64,000 nt of DNA from an uncultured virus (IMG/VR IMGVR_UViG_3300028840_008159) (Duplodnaviria; Heunggongvirae; Uroviricota; Caudoviricetes). The position numbers and the translations under genes were made by a program. The stretch lies in IMG/VR virus record IMGVR_UViG_3300028840_008159; one strand, given 5' to 3'. Under the pieces are notes generated by a model. The model saw only the letters and a list, made by a program, of their open reading frames with translations. It had not been told where the DNA came from and made no database searches. Positions 48,265 through 58,503 of the stretch are shown piece after piece (the first letter of the stretch is position 1; every line of letters starts with the position of its first letter).

Positions 48265-49662
48265 TCAGTCCTCCTTCTTCTTCTGGCTGTACGGGCTTTC
48301 GGGGTTCGCCTTGCGCCATTTGTTGATGACGCGGTAGGCGTTCATCCCGTTGGAGGGCTTGAGCTTGAACTGCTTCTCGATGGCCTCGTAGGACTTGCGT
48401 TCCTCATGGTACGCCTTGACCATCGCCAGTTGCTCGTCGGCGTCCGTTACCTGACTGCTTGACCGCAGACCGCCAACGGGGGCGGCGGCAGCAGCCGCGC
48501 CAGACGCGGGGCGCGGGACCGGATTCGGGTTGTAACGCCCGATGATGATGCGCTGGCCGAACATGGCTCGGATCGTATCCCCGATGCCCTTGCGAACGGC
48601 CTCGTTCTGGATGATCGGCATGAAGGTCAGGTCGGCGGCTTTGACCGCAGACTTGTAGAGCAACATCTTGGTACACCAGTTGATGACCTCTCGCGTCGAG
48701 AACGACTTGAGATGCTCTGAGCGTACCTTGGCCGCGAACGCCGTCGCCTTCCGCGCCAGACGCTTCGGCAGGTCGGGCATGACGTAATCGAGAATCTTGC
48801 GTTCCTGCTTCATGGTCATGGGCTTGACCTCGATGACGCGCCCATGCCCCGCGAAGCGGTCCAGCAGGGCCGCGTTCATGGGCTGAGTACCCGCGTACTC
48901 GCCGTCCTTGTCGCCGCCGATGCTGTTGCCCGTCGCGAAGACGCGGAATCCCGGTACGGCCTCGACTATCTCGCCGTTGTTCTCCTTCAGGCAGTAGGAG
49001 GGTTTCTTCTCCAAGATCGGATGGAACGCGGAGAGTACGGACGGGTCGCCGAAGTCGAACTCGTCGAGGATCAACCAGTACCCGTTGCGCATGGCGGTAA
49101 TGACCGGACCATCATGCCATTCCGTACCAGCAGGGCCGAACCCCAACGAGCCTACGAGGTCGGAGATGCTGATCTGTCCGGTGAAGTTCAACCGGATGCA
49201 GGGCTGGCCGATTCGGGCCGCGACCTGCAAGACAACCGATGTCTTGCCAACGCCCTTGTGACCGATCAGGAAGCAGTGATCCCCCTGCGTGGCCGCGTCT
49301 ATGACCTCTGCGGTATGGGGCAGGAAGAAGTACGGGAGGGGCTTGCCATCGGAGTCCATCTCCGCGTTCGCCCGATGCAACGCCTCGGCCTGTTCGGGGT
49401 TGTCGAACTTGGTCCGGTCAACCTTGGGGATGCTGCGCCCCTTGAACCGCCATACGTCCGGTTCCGCGTCCTGTACGATCAGCGCGGGGTAGAACCCTTG
49501 GTAGGGCGTCTTCTCGGACGGGAGTATGACTTCCGTACCCTTGTCGGGACCGTCTTCGAGCCGAATCTTGCGATAGCCCTTCCCCGTCTCAAGCAACTCG
49601 GCCTTGAGGAACAGCTTGCCTGAGTTCTTGTTCTCGTCTACCGCCAGCCAAGCGATGCTCAT
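48265..49662 (-). CDS. CobS/MoxR-family AAA+ ATPase with C-terminal HTH-like domain
   Basis: Walker A GHKGVGKT; Walker B LILDEFD; ATGNS; MNAALLDRF; STREV; Ala-rich linker then helical domain. Confidence 0.9.
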   Translation of the reverse strand: MSIAWLAVDENKNSGKLFLKAELLETGKGYRKIRLEDGPDKGTEVILPSEKTPYQGFYPALIVQDAEPDVWRFKGRSIPKVDRTKFDNPEQAEALHRANAEMDSDGKPLPYFFLPHTAEVIDAATQGDHCFLIGHKGVGKTSVVLQVAARIGQPCIRLNFTGQISISDLVGSLGFGPAGTEWHDGPVITAMRNGYWLILDEFDFGDPSVLSAFHPILEKKPSYCLKENNGEIVEAVPGFRVFATGNSIGGDKDGEYAGTQPMNAALLDRFAGHGRVIEVKPMTMKQERKILDYVMPDLPKRLARKATAFAAKVRSEHLKSFSTREVINWCTKMLLYKSAVKAADLTFMPIIQNEAVRKGIGDTIRAMFGQRIIIGRYNPNPVPRPASGAAAAAAPVGGLRSSSQVTDADEQLAMVKAYHEERKSYEAIEKQFKLKPSNGMNAYRVINKWRKANPESPYSQKKKED

Positions 49663-49727
49663 TATCTCTCCCTCTCTTTCCGTCCCTTGGGACGGGCCTT
49701 CGCGTTTCCTGGTTTGGTTCTACACGC

Positions 49728-50189
49728 TCAAGGCGCGGGAACGGTCGCGCTGGAGACCAGCGCGGGACCGAGGTTGACGATCAGATCGACCTCTACGTCC
49801 TTGGGTACGATCTTACCCGCATGGCGTCGTGGAGGCAACGCCTTCATGCCCTGCCGGAAGCGTTCGACGGTCGCGGCATGTTTCTTGTTCCAGGCCGCGA
49901 TGTACTCCTTGGCCTCCTCGTCCATCGACAAGGCCATCGTCAACGCGACCTCCAGCTTCTCCATGAACGGCTCCATCTGGATGCCCATGAGTTGCAGGGC
50001 CAGCGGCAACGCCTCGGTCAGGGGCACGGAGGTCGTGGGCGTATGCCATTCGTCCTCCTGCTTGACCAATACGCCCTTCAGGTCGATGACCAGCCGGGTA
50101 CCGTCCAGACGGTACGATCCGGGGTCGATCTTGCCAGTGTCGACCTTGAGCTTCCGTAGCGCGGCCTTGACTACTTCTTCAATGTCCAT
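49728..50189 (-). CDS. hypothetical protein
   Basis: start re-picked at MDIEE (AAGGAG); preceded by three element copies. Confidence 0.7.
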   Translation of the reverse strand: MDIEEVVKAALRKLKVDTGKIDPGSYRLDGTRLVIDLKGVLVKQEDEWHTPTTSVPLTEALPLALQLMGIQMEPFMEKLEVALTMALSMDEEAKEYIAAWNKKHAATVERFRQGMKALPPRRHAGKIVPKDVEVDLIVNLGPALVSSATVPAP

Positions 50190-50447
50190 GATTCGCTCCT
50201 TGCCCCCTTTTGTCAATCTCAACGTCATCAGAGACGGGCCTTCGTTGCACCTGGTCCTCCTGACACGGCGAACTCCTGGTGGCCAGGCACGGCCGGCCTC
50301 CGGGCCTTCGCGTTGCCTGGCCGAAAACCTCCGGGCCTTCGGACGCCCTGGCCGGGGATTTCCTGACACGGTCATATGAAGGATAGCCTGGGAGGGTGGA
50401 CATCAGATGTCCTTGGTTCCCGAAAATTCTTGGATGGTGGACGATGA

Positions 50448-50681
50448 TCAGGACAGCTTCAAGCGTTGCTTCTTGAGGGAGGCGAGGAGCTTCCACGCCT
50501 TGCCGCACTTACGGCAACAAGGCCCCTCCGGGGGGTGTTCGGCGGTATGGGTGGTGAGGGCGAACTCCGTGATTACCATTCCCTTGCGCGGGTTCATCCT
50601 GGCGCAAGGCAGCCCGTATGACGCGATGTCGTCACACGGGCAATCCTGCTCCCAGTATCGGACCAGGCAGTCTTCCTTCAT
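50448..50681 (-). CDS. small Cys-rich protein (source of the 29-bp copy)
   Basis: 77 aa; ATGA-type overlap with upstream ORF. Confidence 0.55.
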   Translation of the reverse strand: MKEDCLVRYWEQDCPCDDIASYGLPCARMNPRKGMVITEFALTTHTAEHPPEGPCCRKCGKAWKLLASLKKQRLKLS

Positions 50682-51430
50682 CCGGCGTTCACGGCCTCGT
50701 CGGCGACCTTGCGCCGCTTGTAATCGGAGAACTTCTCGGAGTCGGCGCGATTTTTACGGCTCGGATATCCCTTCCAGGGCTTGCACATGTGACACCCGGC
50801 CCTGGCGTTGCGTGGTCGTCTTCGCTTGTGATGCATCGCTACTCCTTCTTCTCGAAGTCGATGAACAGCTTGTCGGCTGGCATCTCCTTGAGGCATTCGA
50901 TCTGGGCGTCGGAGATCGCCTTGTTGAACTCCTCGAAGGTTATGCTGAACATCCCCGATGCCTCGTTCCCATGCCGCTTCCTTATGATGGCGGCGATCTT
51001 CTTGGAGACGCCCTCCACGCCGAAGACGCGGACGCATTCGCGCATGAAGGGAGGACATTTATCGAGCGTCTTCTTGAAGCCTTCGAGGACGCAATTATCC
51101 AGCCGGTAAAGATCGCCTTCCAGGGGTTGCATTCTTATCCTTTCTCGGTCGTGAACCAGAAGCCAGGACACTGGGGGCATCCGGCCTCGACGTCGCCTTC
51201 TTCCTTGCAGTTGGGGCATTTGCCCTTGACCTTGACGTCCACGTCGATGGTCTCGACCAGCTCCCAGCCGCTTTCCGGTTCGCCGATGATCTTGTCGTAC
51301 GCCTTCTTGCGGATCGCGTCGGAGGCTTGATCGTCCGTGAACTCGGCGGGAACCTCGGCCTCTACCAGCTTCTCCACGATGATCGTCTCGACGACCTTGC
51401 CCGTGACGGTCTTGGTCTTCAGCGAGCGGA

Positions 51431-51814
51431 TCACGCCTTCCCTTCCTCTCTTAGATTCTTCAGGCATCGGGGGCAGAGCCAGCCCTCGCCATGCTTCGTC
51501 GCCTCGCTCTGGAACTCGTCGCGGCGGCATTGGGTACAGCGAACAACCTGACCCGCCTTGGCGTAGTCCAGAAGGACGTTGCGGATTTCTTCAGCCGCCT
51601 TCTCGATCCCTTCGGGCGACGACCCGAACGTCTCGAAGACGTACTCCATCTGCGCTCGCAAACCCCGCTGGTTTATGAGCTTGGCCTCGTTCATCTTGAA
51701 CTCGTTGACCTTCTCCTCAAGCTCGTAACCCTTCAGCCCCAATGACTTTGCGATGGACTGGAGCTTGTCCAAGGTCTCCTTGATGGCTACCTTGTGCGAT
51801 GGCATCATGCTCAT
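51431..51814 (-). CDS. hypothetical protein with C-terminal zinc finger
   Basis: CTQC...CPRC; element at 51839. Confidence 0.75.
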   Translation of the reverse strand: MSMMPSHKVAIKETLDKLQSIAKSLGLKGYELEEKVNEFKMNEAKLINQRGLRAQMEYVFETFGSSPEGIEKAAEEIRNVLLDYAKAGQVVRCTQCRRDEFQSEATKHGEGWLCPRCLKNLREEGKA

Positions 51815-52073
51815 GGCCTTCCTCCTTGCCCTCTTGGTCGGGCCTTCGGATTACCTGGTCGGGTTGATGGTACGCTACCAGCGTTTTAGTTCGTCCCGAA
51901 GGTCTTTCAAGACGTTAATGACACCTTCGTTGTAGCAGGACTGTTCCAGAGCGTCGATGTCGGTCCAGGAGGACTTCTCGCGGTCTTCCTCGGCCTCGTC
52001 CTGGGCTTTCCTGGCCTCCCTGATCTGCTTGGAAATCCACTTTCGGAGCTTGTCCTTGTCTGCTTTGGTCATG

Positions 52074-52472
52074 TCAATGTCCTCTCGCTTCTTCCTCGCT
52101 AACTACCTTCTTGAGTTTCGCGAGGGCCTTGGCGTGTTTTTTCCACCAGATAATGGCGTGTTCCAGCCCCATTCCTATCTTCATCCCCTTATCCTTGGAT
52201 GAACACGTGAGGCGCGGTTCGAGCCACTCCAAGCCTTCCTCGCTGAACAGGTAACAGAATGGCCTGCTTCCCATGGCAGGGGAGTCGTTCTTATTGCACG
52301 GTAAGAGGAGATGGTCGGGGATTTCGACGAATTCGTCGTCATGTTTCAGTTTTCCGTTCTTGAGGCCGTCGCTGACATCCAAGTAGGCGCCTTCCGAGTC
52401 GATCCACATTTGATAGATGCGAATGTTAGTGTCGTTCAGGAAGAAATCCCAGATTCGCTTGGGCAGTCTCAT
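52074..52472 (-). CDS. hypothetical protein, low GC
   Basis: start MRLPKR after GGAGGAGG. Confidence 0.65.
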   Translation of the reverse strand: MRLPKRIWDFFLNDTNIRIYQMWIDSEGAYLDVSDGLKNGKLKHDDEFVEIPDHLLLPCNKNDSPAMGSRPFCYLFSEEGLEWLEPRLTCSSKDKGMKIGMGLEHAIIWWKKHAKALAKLKKVVSEEEARGH

Positions 52473-52473
52473 G

Positions 52474-52989
52474 TCAGTCCTCCTCCGGGATCGCCGGAGA
52501 GAACCGGCTACGGGGGAGCATGTGCCAGCGACCACCGTTGTAATCCGTTACGTGATATCCCCAACGATCCTTTCCCCGTACCACTCCGTAGACCAACTCG
52601 TCGCCCTTGACGTTCACCCGGACATGCTCTCCGATGGACGGCTCATGGCCGATTCGACGCTTCTTCTCGAATACCCAGTTGGGTCCGTCCTTGCGCCAGC
52701 ATCGCCATACCTCGAAGCGGTACTTGTCACCAGGCATGATGATGGCCCCTTCCTCGGCCTTCATCCGCTTCCGCGCCGTCCGGGTCCCCTTGCGGATCAC
52801 GCGCCCGTCTCCCTCGACGACCTCGGCCTCGCAGCACGGGCTGACCGTCGCGTACTCGTGATGGACGCCCCTGGAACCCCAGAACTCGTAGGGACCAATG
52901 CCATTGTCAACGACGGTGGCCGTGCAAGGCTCACCGCAGGAGTCGCAAATGCCGCTCGGCATGTCGTCTGGATCGAAATGTCTGCCCAT
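52474..52989 (-). CDS. phage protein (DNGIGPYEFWG...SPCC)
   Basis: start re-picked at MGRHF; element at 53016. Confidence 0.75.
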   Translation of the reverse strand: MGRHFDPDDMPSGICDSCGEPCTATVVDNGIGPYEFWGSRGVHHEYATVSPCCEAEVVEGDGRVIRKGTRTARKRMKAEEGAIIMPGDKYRFEVWRCWRKDGPNWVFEKKRRIGHEPSIGEHVRVNVKGDELVYGVVRGKDRWGYHVTDYNGGRWHMLPRSRFSPAIPEED

Positions 52990-53939
52990 TCTCAATCCCC
53001 TTTCGGACCAAGGGGCGGGCCTTCGTTCGCCCTGGCCGTCAGGCACGTCGGCGTTCGGCGTTTGTCGGCGTTTAGTCGCGCTTGATCATCGTCCAGCCTG
53101 ATCGTGGCGGGGGTATCCCGGTAAGCAGCTTGGCCCGGCTCAGGCCGGGGGTCGTCCAGCTATCTTCCCGGCTCATGAACAAGGACACGTTCGTCGGCAT
53201 CTGTTCGTCCACCACGTCCGCCAGGCAAACCCCGTAACTGGGCTTGATGACGTCCAACGCCAGGTCGAGGAAGCCTTCCCTCCAGGCCGCGCAGCGTTCC
53301 GTCCATGCCCTCCACGCGACTTCCTCGGGGATCATGTTGCCTGGCGTCAGGCCGTCCTGGAGGAAGGTCCATTCGTCCAGGCTCTCGAGGTTCCAGGAGA
53401 TATCATCCCAGTCGGGTTTCACGAGTCGTATCGTGGACGGGATCACGCCGAGGCCGTCATGTCTTAGCGGGTCGTTCGCCATCCTGGACAGGAAGTCATG
53501 AGCGTCGAAGCGATGCGACACGGCGCGGAGTTCCAGGAACGGGTCATACGACAGGACGTCCCGCTCCACCTTTGGCGGCAGGCCCCACGTCTCGCCGACG
53601 AAGAGTATCTCGTGCCTCATGCCGCGAACATCTCCGCGAGGCGGTCGACGACCGCCTCCATCTCGTCCCGCTTCACCTTGCGATGCAGCCACAGGACGAT
53701 GGGAATCCCGTGGCCCGTGTCCTTGATCTTGATGGCCCTCGCCGACACCCCGACGACGGGCGGCAGGCGCGTCCCTTCCTGTCCCAAAATCCATGCCGGG
53801 AGGCACTTCTTGGCCTCGCTCATCACGCGGCGATACCGCGCCTTCGAGTCCTCGCCTGGCACGCGGGCGTTCTTGATGTGATAGAAGTCGGACCTCTTCC
53901 CGTACTTCCTCACGATGATGTCCTGGCGAACGCCCTGGC

Positions 53940-54545
53940 TCATTCGATCTTGACCCCCTCCTCTGACACGTCGAGCCAGCACCCCTTCGGGCCGGGGAAC
54001 ACGATGGGAACGTCATCCTGGTAGAGCGTCCGGCCCGCCATGCCATGGCGATGGCCCGCGACGACGGCCTGGGGGCGAAGGGCGTGGATGAGGGAGGTGA
54101 TGCATTTGAACTCCCAGCCCTCCCAGTTCTTGAGCATCTTGTGTTGCGGGGGGTAATGCGTCACCAGCACGGTACGATCGCCATCCTGGAGGACCTTCGT
54201 GCAAGCGTCGAGCAGGCACAGGACGTGCTTGGTCATCAGGGCTTCCGGGGCGAGGTTGTGGTACTCGTGACCGCACCAGCCCAGGCCGACGACCCAGACG
54301 TCACCGGCCCGGCAAAGGCCCATCGAGAGGTCGTGGTTATCGAGGAGGTCGGTCTTCACGCAATCGTGGTTGCCGCGAACGACGAGGATGTCGTTGCGGG
54401 AGATGATGTCATCCCAGTCGGGATGCGCCTGGGCGATGCCCTCGTTGTAGAAGTCCCCGGCGTGGAGGATGACCTGGCCGTCGAGGCGTCGGACGACGCC
54501 CTCCGGGTATTGACCATGCGTGTCGCTCAGGCAGAAGAATCTCAT
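53940..54545 (-). CDS. calcineurin-like metallophosphoesterase
   Basis: SDTHG, HAGDF, RGNHD, THYPP, AGHRH motifs. Confidence 0.9.
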   Translation of the reverse strand: MRFFCLSDTHGQYPEGVVRRLDGQVILHAGDFYNEGIAQAHPDWDDIISRNDILVVRGNHDCVKTDLLDNHDLSMGLCRAGDVWVVGLGWCGHEYHNLAPEALMTKHVLCLLDACTKVLQDGDRTVLVTHYPPQHKMLKNWEGWEFKCITSLIHALRPQAVVAGHRHGMAGRTLYQDDVPIVFPGPKGCWLDVSEEGVKIE

Positions 54546-55014
54546 TCGCCTTTCCCTTTCAGGCGGGACTTGACTCGCTTGTTGAAGGACTTGAGTTGCT
54601 TGCTGAACTTGGCGAACAACTGCATCTTGCAGTTAGGGCATTCGTACAAGTCCACCGGACCCTCGAAATACTCCTCGCCTGTACTATAACACGAGAAAAC
54701 GTCCATCGTCGAGCCGGGATTGGGATTCGGCTTGCGCGTCATCTCCTCTCCGCAGATGGGGCATTTCAGGTTCATCCTGGAAGCCTCCTTTAACATGCCG
54801 GACGGGCCTTCGCGCCGCCTGGGGCTAGTTCTTCTTCTCGGCCAACCAGCCCCAGAACAGCCTAGCCGCGACCAGCATGACGGCCGGGACGGAATACCAG
54901 TACCACGCGGCCTTCAACACCACGAGGGCCACGATGACCAGCAGGGCCAGCAACGGCAGCATCTCCATCAGGAACACGAACGTCATCAAGCCGATCATCC
55001 TTCCTCTCCTTGGA

Positions 55015-55494
55015 TCACGCCGCCGTGAACTTCAAGTCCACCCCGAAATCGGTCGCCTTGCCCGTCAGCAGCGGGAAGCCTTCCTCCATGTTGTCCAGAA
55101 CCCCGTAATAGCCCCGCGAACGGAGGGTTCTCATCACGAATTGCTTGTTGAACGGGACGCCGAAATACTCGGTCCCGGCCTTCCTCCATGTCGGGTCAAC
55201 GACGATCCCTCTCGGGGTCACTAGCCAGGCATGAAGGACGGGGATGATGCCCAGGGCGTACCCCTCGCAGTAGGTCAGCTTGGGGAAGCGCAGCATGGCA
55301 TGAGTCGCGTTCGCGAAGCACTGCTTCTCCTCGCCCCATTCCATGCCCTTCCAAAGCCTTCGACCGGGCTTGAACGCCCTGCCGTTGCGCAGGACGAAGT
55401 CGTCGATATTCACGTAGGGCCACTGGCCGCTCCGATGCGGCCTCATCATCTCGACGATCGAGGAAAGGTAGCGTCGGACGTTATCGCAACCCAC
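55015..55494 (-). CDS. transglutaminase/papain-like Cys-His-Asp protein
   Basis: QCFANA...YCEGYA...HAW...VDPTW; fold is inference. Confidence 0.6.
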   Translation of the reverse strand: MGCDNVRRYLSSIVEMMRPHRSGQWPYVNIDDFVLRNGRAFKPGRRLWKGMEWGEEKQCFANATHAMLRFPKLTYCEGYALGIIPVLHAWLVTPRGIVVDPTWRKAGTEYFGVPFNKQFVMRTLRSRGYYGVLDNMEEGFPLLTGKATDFGVDLKFTAA

Positions 55495-55946
55495 GGTTGC
55501 TCCTTTCCGCGTCCAGGGCGGTGATCGCCTCGTCGCGTAGTTCGCTGGCTTCCTGGGCGAGTCCGCAAGCCTTCTGGGCGAGTTCTTGCGACGTCTCCGC
55601 CGCTCGCATGGTCTTGGCGAGCAAGACCCTCATCTTGTTCATCCGTCGTTCCTGGGCCGCGATCACGCCGAGGGCGGCGCCCAACAAGACCAGCAAACCA
55701 ATGTTCATCGTCATCTCCTCGTCCGTCTTCCTGGACGGGCCTTCGCCATCCCCCTGGTCGCTTTGCGTTTCTGGTTGACAAGCCTGGTAAGCGTCTCGTT
55801 GATGTTCCCAGCTAACGCCTTGGCGTGGGACTCGCAACGGCATTTGACCATGGGGTCCGCGCCTTGCTGGTCACCGATCCTGACGTACCAGGAATCGACT
55901 CCAGGGCAATAGATGGCCTTGGCCCAGCGAACCCTTCTCGCTGGAA

Positions 55947-56387
55947 TCATGACGCCCTCTTGGTCGTCTTGCAGCGCGGGAAGCGGCTGCAACCCAGGAA
56001 CTTGCCGAACTTGCCCTTCCGCTCGATCATGAACGCCCCGCAGTCGGGGCACTTGACCAGCTTCAGGCTCGTCCCCACGGAGCGGACCTTGGCCTTCAGG
56101 CGGTCACGCCATCCCGGAACCCGGTTGGTCCGGTTCGCGCCCGTGATGGGCTTTCCGACCTGCTTGTCCCAGACCACGACTCGGATGGCGTCCTGGCCGC
56201 AACCCCGGCTCGTGCCGGACGCGGGCGAGATCGAGGAGAAGATCCTCCAGGACAGCCGGGGCATGTCCTTGAAGGGCAGCTCCCAGACCAGCTCGTGGCA
56301 CTTGGGGACCTCGATGACCCGAAACCCCTTGGGTTCGAGCAGCGAGGCCATCTCGCCACGGGTTATGTCGCAATAATTAGCGGCCAC
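55947..56387 (-). CDS. protein with C-terminal topoisomerase-type C4 zinc ribbon
   Basis: CPDCGAFMIERKGKFGKFLGCSRFPRC. Confidence 0.8.
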   Translation of the reverse strand: MAANYCDITRGEMASLLEPKGFRVIEVPKCHELVWELPFKDMPRLSWRIFSSISPASGTSRGCGQDAIRVVVWDKQVGKPITGANRTNRVPGWRDRLKAKVRSVGTSLKLVKCPDCGAFMIERKGKFGKFLGCSRFPRCKTTKRAS

Positions 56388-56896
56388 TCTCGTCCTCCTC
56401 GTCGGCGACCTCTAGGGCGGCAGCGAGACGCTCGTCGAAGTCGAGACCCTTCTCGTCGGCCAGGTGTTTCAGGTCCGTCAGGGCGTCCCTGAAGGCACCC
56501 TCGAAGGTGGTCCCGGCATTCTGCGCGTACTCCTCGACGGCGGCTTCAAGGACCAGCCGCAGCTTGGCGTCGGGGTCCATTCTCTTGCCCATGTCTCTCT
56601 CCTTTCGACCCCAAGGCCGGGCCTTCGGCGACCCTGGTCAGGAGGCACGCTCATGGCGTGAAGTCCTCCAGGTCATCATCCTTCGATGGGTCGTTGTGCG
56701 CGGACATCTTCGCGTGCTGCTCGTCGGAGCACGTTTCCATGACGCCCCCGGTCTTGTGGTCGTAGACCATGTAACCCTTCGGCCTGGGCTTCTGGGGCGT
56801 GCAATCGACGCATGTTTCCACGCCAAGCAGGTCACGCCGCTCGTCGGGCACGTCCTTGCCGCAGCCGGGGCATGGATGGGTCATTTTCTGCCTATC

Positions 56897-57298
56897 CTAG
56901 TAGCGATTGTACTCGGCGAACTCGGCAGCATACGTCAACGTCTCGGCGACCTCTCGGAGGTATGCCTTCTCGGAGCCGCATTCGGCCAGCGAGCGAACAC
57001 CCCATGAGTTATGATTGAGGACTTCCTCGCCCATGCGAGCGGCACGCTCGCTCCAATCCTGAATCTCGCAGTTCAGCTCGCCCCCCTCCTCGTCCTCATC
57101 AAGCCATACGACGGCATGGACGTTCCCTCGGTTGAGCTCTATGGCCACGCCGGAAACGGGCTCGAACGCGGCGGTATCGTTGGCGAGGGAGGACACGTCC
57201 TCGACGTACTGGGAAGGCGCGTTCTTGACCCGGATGGAGTCAATGGGGTTGCTCGGGTCAGCCTTTTTCGCGAGTTCGATCTTGATCATCTTGGGCAT
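56897..57298 (-). CDS. hypothetical protein (source of the 48-bp copy)
   Basis: GAGGAG RBS; element at 57323. Confidence 0.75.
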   Translation of the reverse strand: MPKMIKIELAKKADPSNPIDSIRVKNAPSQYVEDVSSLANDTAAFEPVSGVAIELNRGNVHAVVWLDEDEEGGELNCEIQDWSERAARMGEEVLNHNSWGVRSLAECGSEKAYLREVAETLTYAAEFAEYNRY

Positions 57299-57355
57299 GT
57301 CAATCTCCTCTGCGCTTGAGGGCGGGCCTTCGGGGTTCCTGGCCTTCAGGCACGG

Positions 57356-57847
57356 TCACCAAGAGCTGTTGACCACGGTGTCCGTCTCGATCCGTCCACC
57401 GAAGGCCCGCTTGATGGCCTCGATCGAGGCCTTGGAGAAGGCCACGAAGGCCGGGGTCACGTAGCCGACGTTGCTGGCGTGGCTCTCGTTGACGTACCAC
57501 GCGACGTGGTCGCCCTTGACGATCTTGTGGCCGATGATCCCGTCGTACTTCTTGCCATGCTCCTTATCGATGTAACCCTTGACGGCCTTCCATCCCTTGA
57601 CGGGGTCTGCGTCTACCTGGTAGCAGTCGAACAGGACGGTGGCCTGGACGATCCTGCGAAGCGCCTCGGGGATCTTCTTCCCGATGGCGTGCTCGGCGGG
57701 GAGCACCTCCAAGTCCTCCTTGACCTGCTCGAAGAGTTCCTGGTTCCTCTCCCAGAACTCGTCGTCCTCGTACTCGACCTCCACATCGTACAGGTGAGGG
57801 AAGTTGACCTTGAACGGGACGGGCGCGGCGTGGTGGTTATGGCTCAT
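57356..57847 (-). CDS. hypothetical protein
   Basis: 163 aa, AAGGAG RBS. Confidence 0.75.
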   Translation of the reverse strand: MSHNHHAAPVPFKVNFPHLYDVEVEYEDDEFWERNQELFEQVKEDLEVLPAEHAIGKKIPEALRRIVQATVLFDCYQVDADPVKGWKAVKGYIDKEHGKKYDGIIGHKIVKGDHVAWYVNESHASNVGYVTPAFVAFSKASIEAIKRAFGGRIETDTVVNSSW

Positions 57848-58193
57848 GGACTTGCTCCTTTTCCTCTTCCTCCAGTACCTTCATGGCCCGGATGGGGTCG
57901 TACTCGCCGTCCTCGTCGTAGACGGCCGGGTTGGCGAAAGGATGCCTGAACCCGTGGAGGACCCCGGAGAACATGGCGTGGGCCATCGCTGGCGTGACGC
58001 CGATCTCCTCGTTGAGTTCCATCGCCTTCTTCCTGCCTCCCCAATGCTCGGTCGGGAACCATCGCTCGACCCCGCGCTTGTGCATGCACACGTCGCCGTA
58101 CTTGTGGCGATCCTTCGCGGGGATATGGCCCCGTTGTCGCTCGTTGATGAACCAGTAGGACTTTTCGGGTAGTCCCTTCAGGTCGATGATCAT
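57837..58193 (-). CDS. phage protein (GVTPAMAHAM...ANP)
   Basis: GGAGG RBS. Confidence 0.75.
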   Translation of the reverse strand: MIIDLKGLPEKSYWFINERQRGHIPAKDRHKYGDVCMHKRGVERWFPTEHWGGRKKAMELNEEIGVTPAMAHAMFSGVLHGFRHPFANPAVYDEDGEYDPIRAMKVLEEEEKEQVHEP

Positions 58194-58503
58194 GGCTATC
58201 CTCCGCCCAAAAGGTCGGGTCTAATGGCCGTCAGGGACATCCGCATTCGAGGTCCTCGTCGTTGTTGTAGGGCTGATTGCATTTCGGGCACTTCACCTTG
58301 GCCTTGAACTTGATGACGTCATCGGCCAGCTCGGCGAGGAGCGCGGGCGCGTCGAGCTGGGGCGCGTCGCATTGACACACGGACTCTCCGCTGAAGGACT
58401 CGTGCTCCACGAAGAACGCGATGACCTTGTCGAAGACGGCCTTGCGCACGTCCGGTCCGTCATCGTACTCGACCACGTAGCTCTCGGTTTCCTTCTTCAT
58501 GGC

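Noticed and set aside
39615..49662. Cobalamin biosynthesis (cobS/cobT) function
   Set aside because: No cobN or other cob genes; similarity is at the MoxR/VWA family level only, so no gene symbols assigned
12230..57192. Diversity-generating retroelement template/variable repeat pairs
   Set aside because: The matches are exact with no adenine-specific mismatches, are short, and there is no reverse transcriptase in the window
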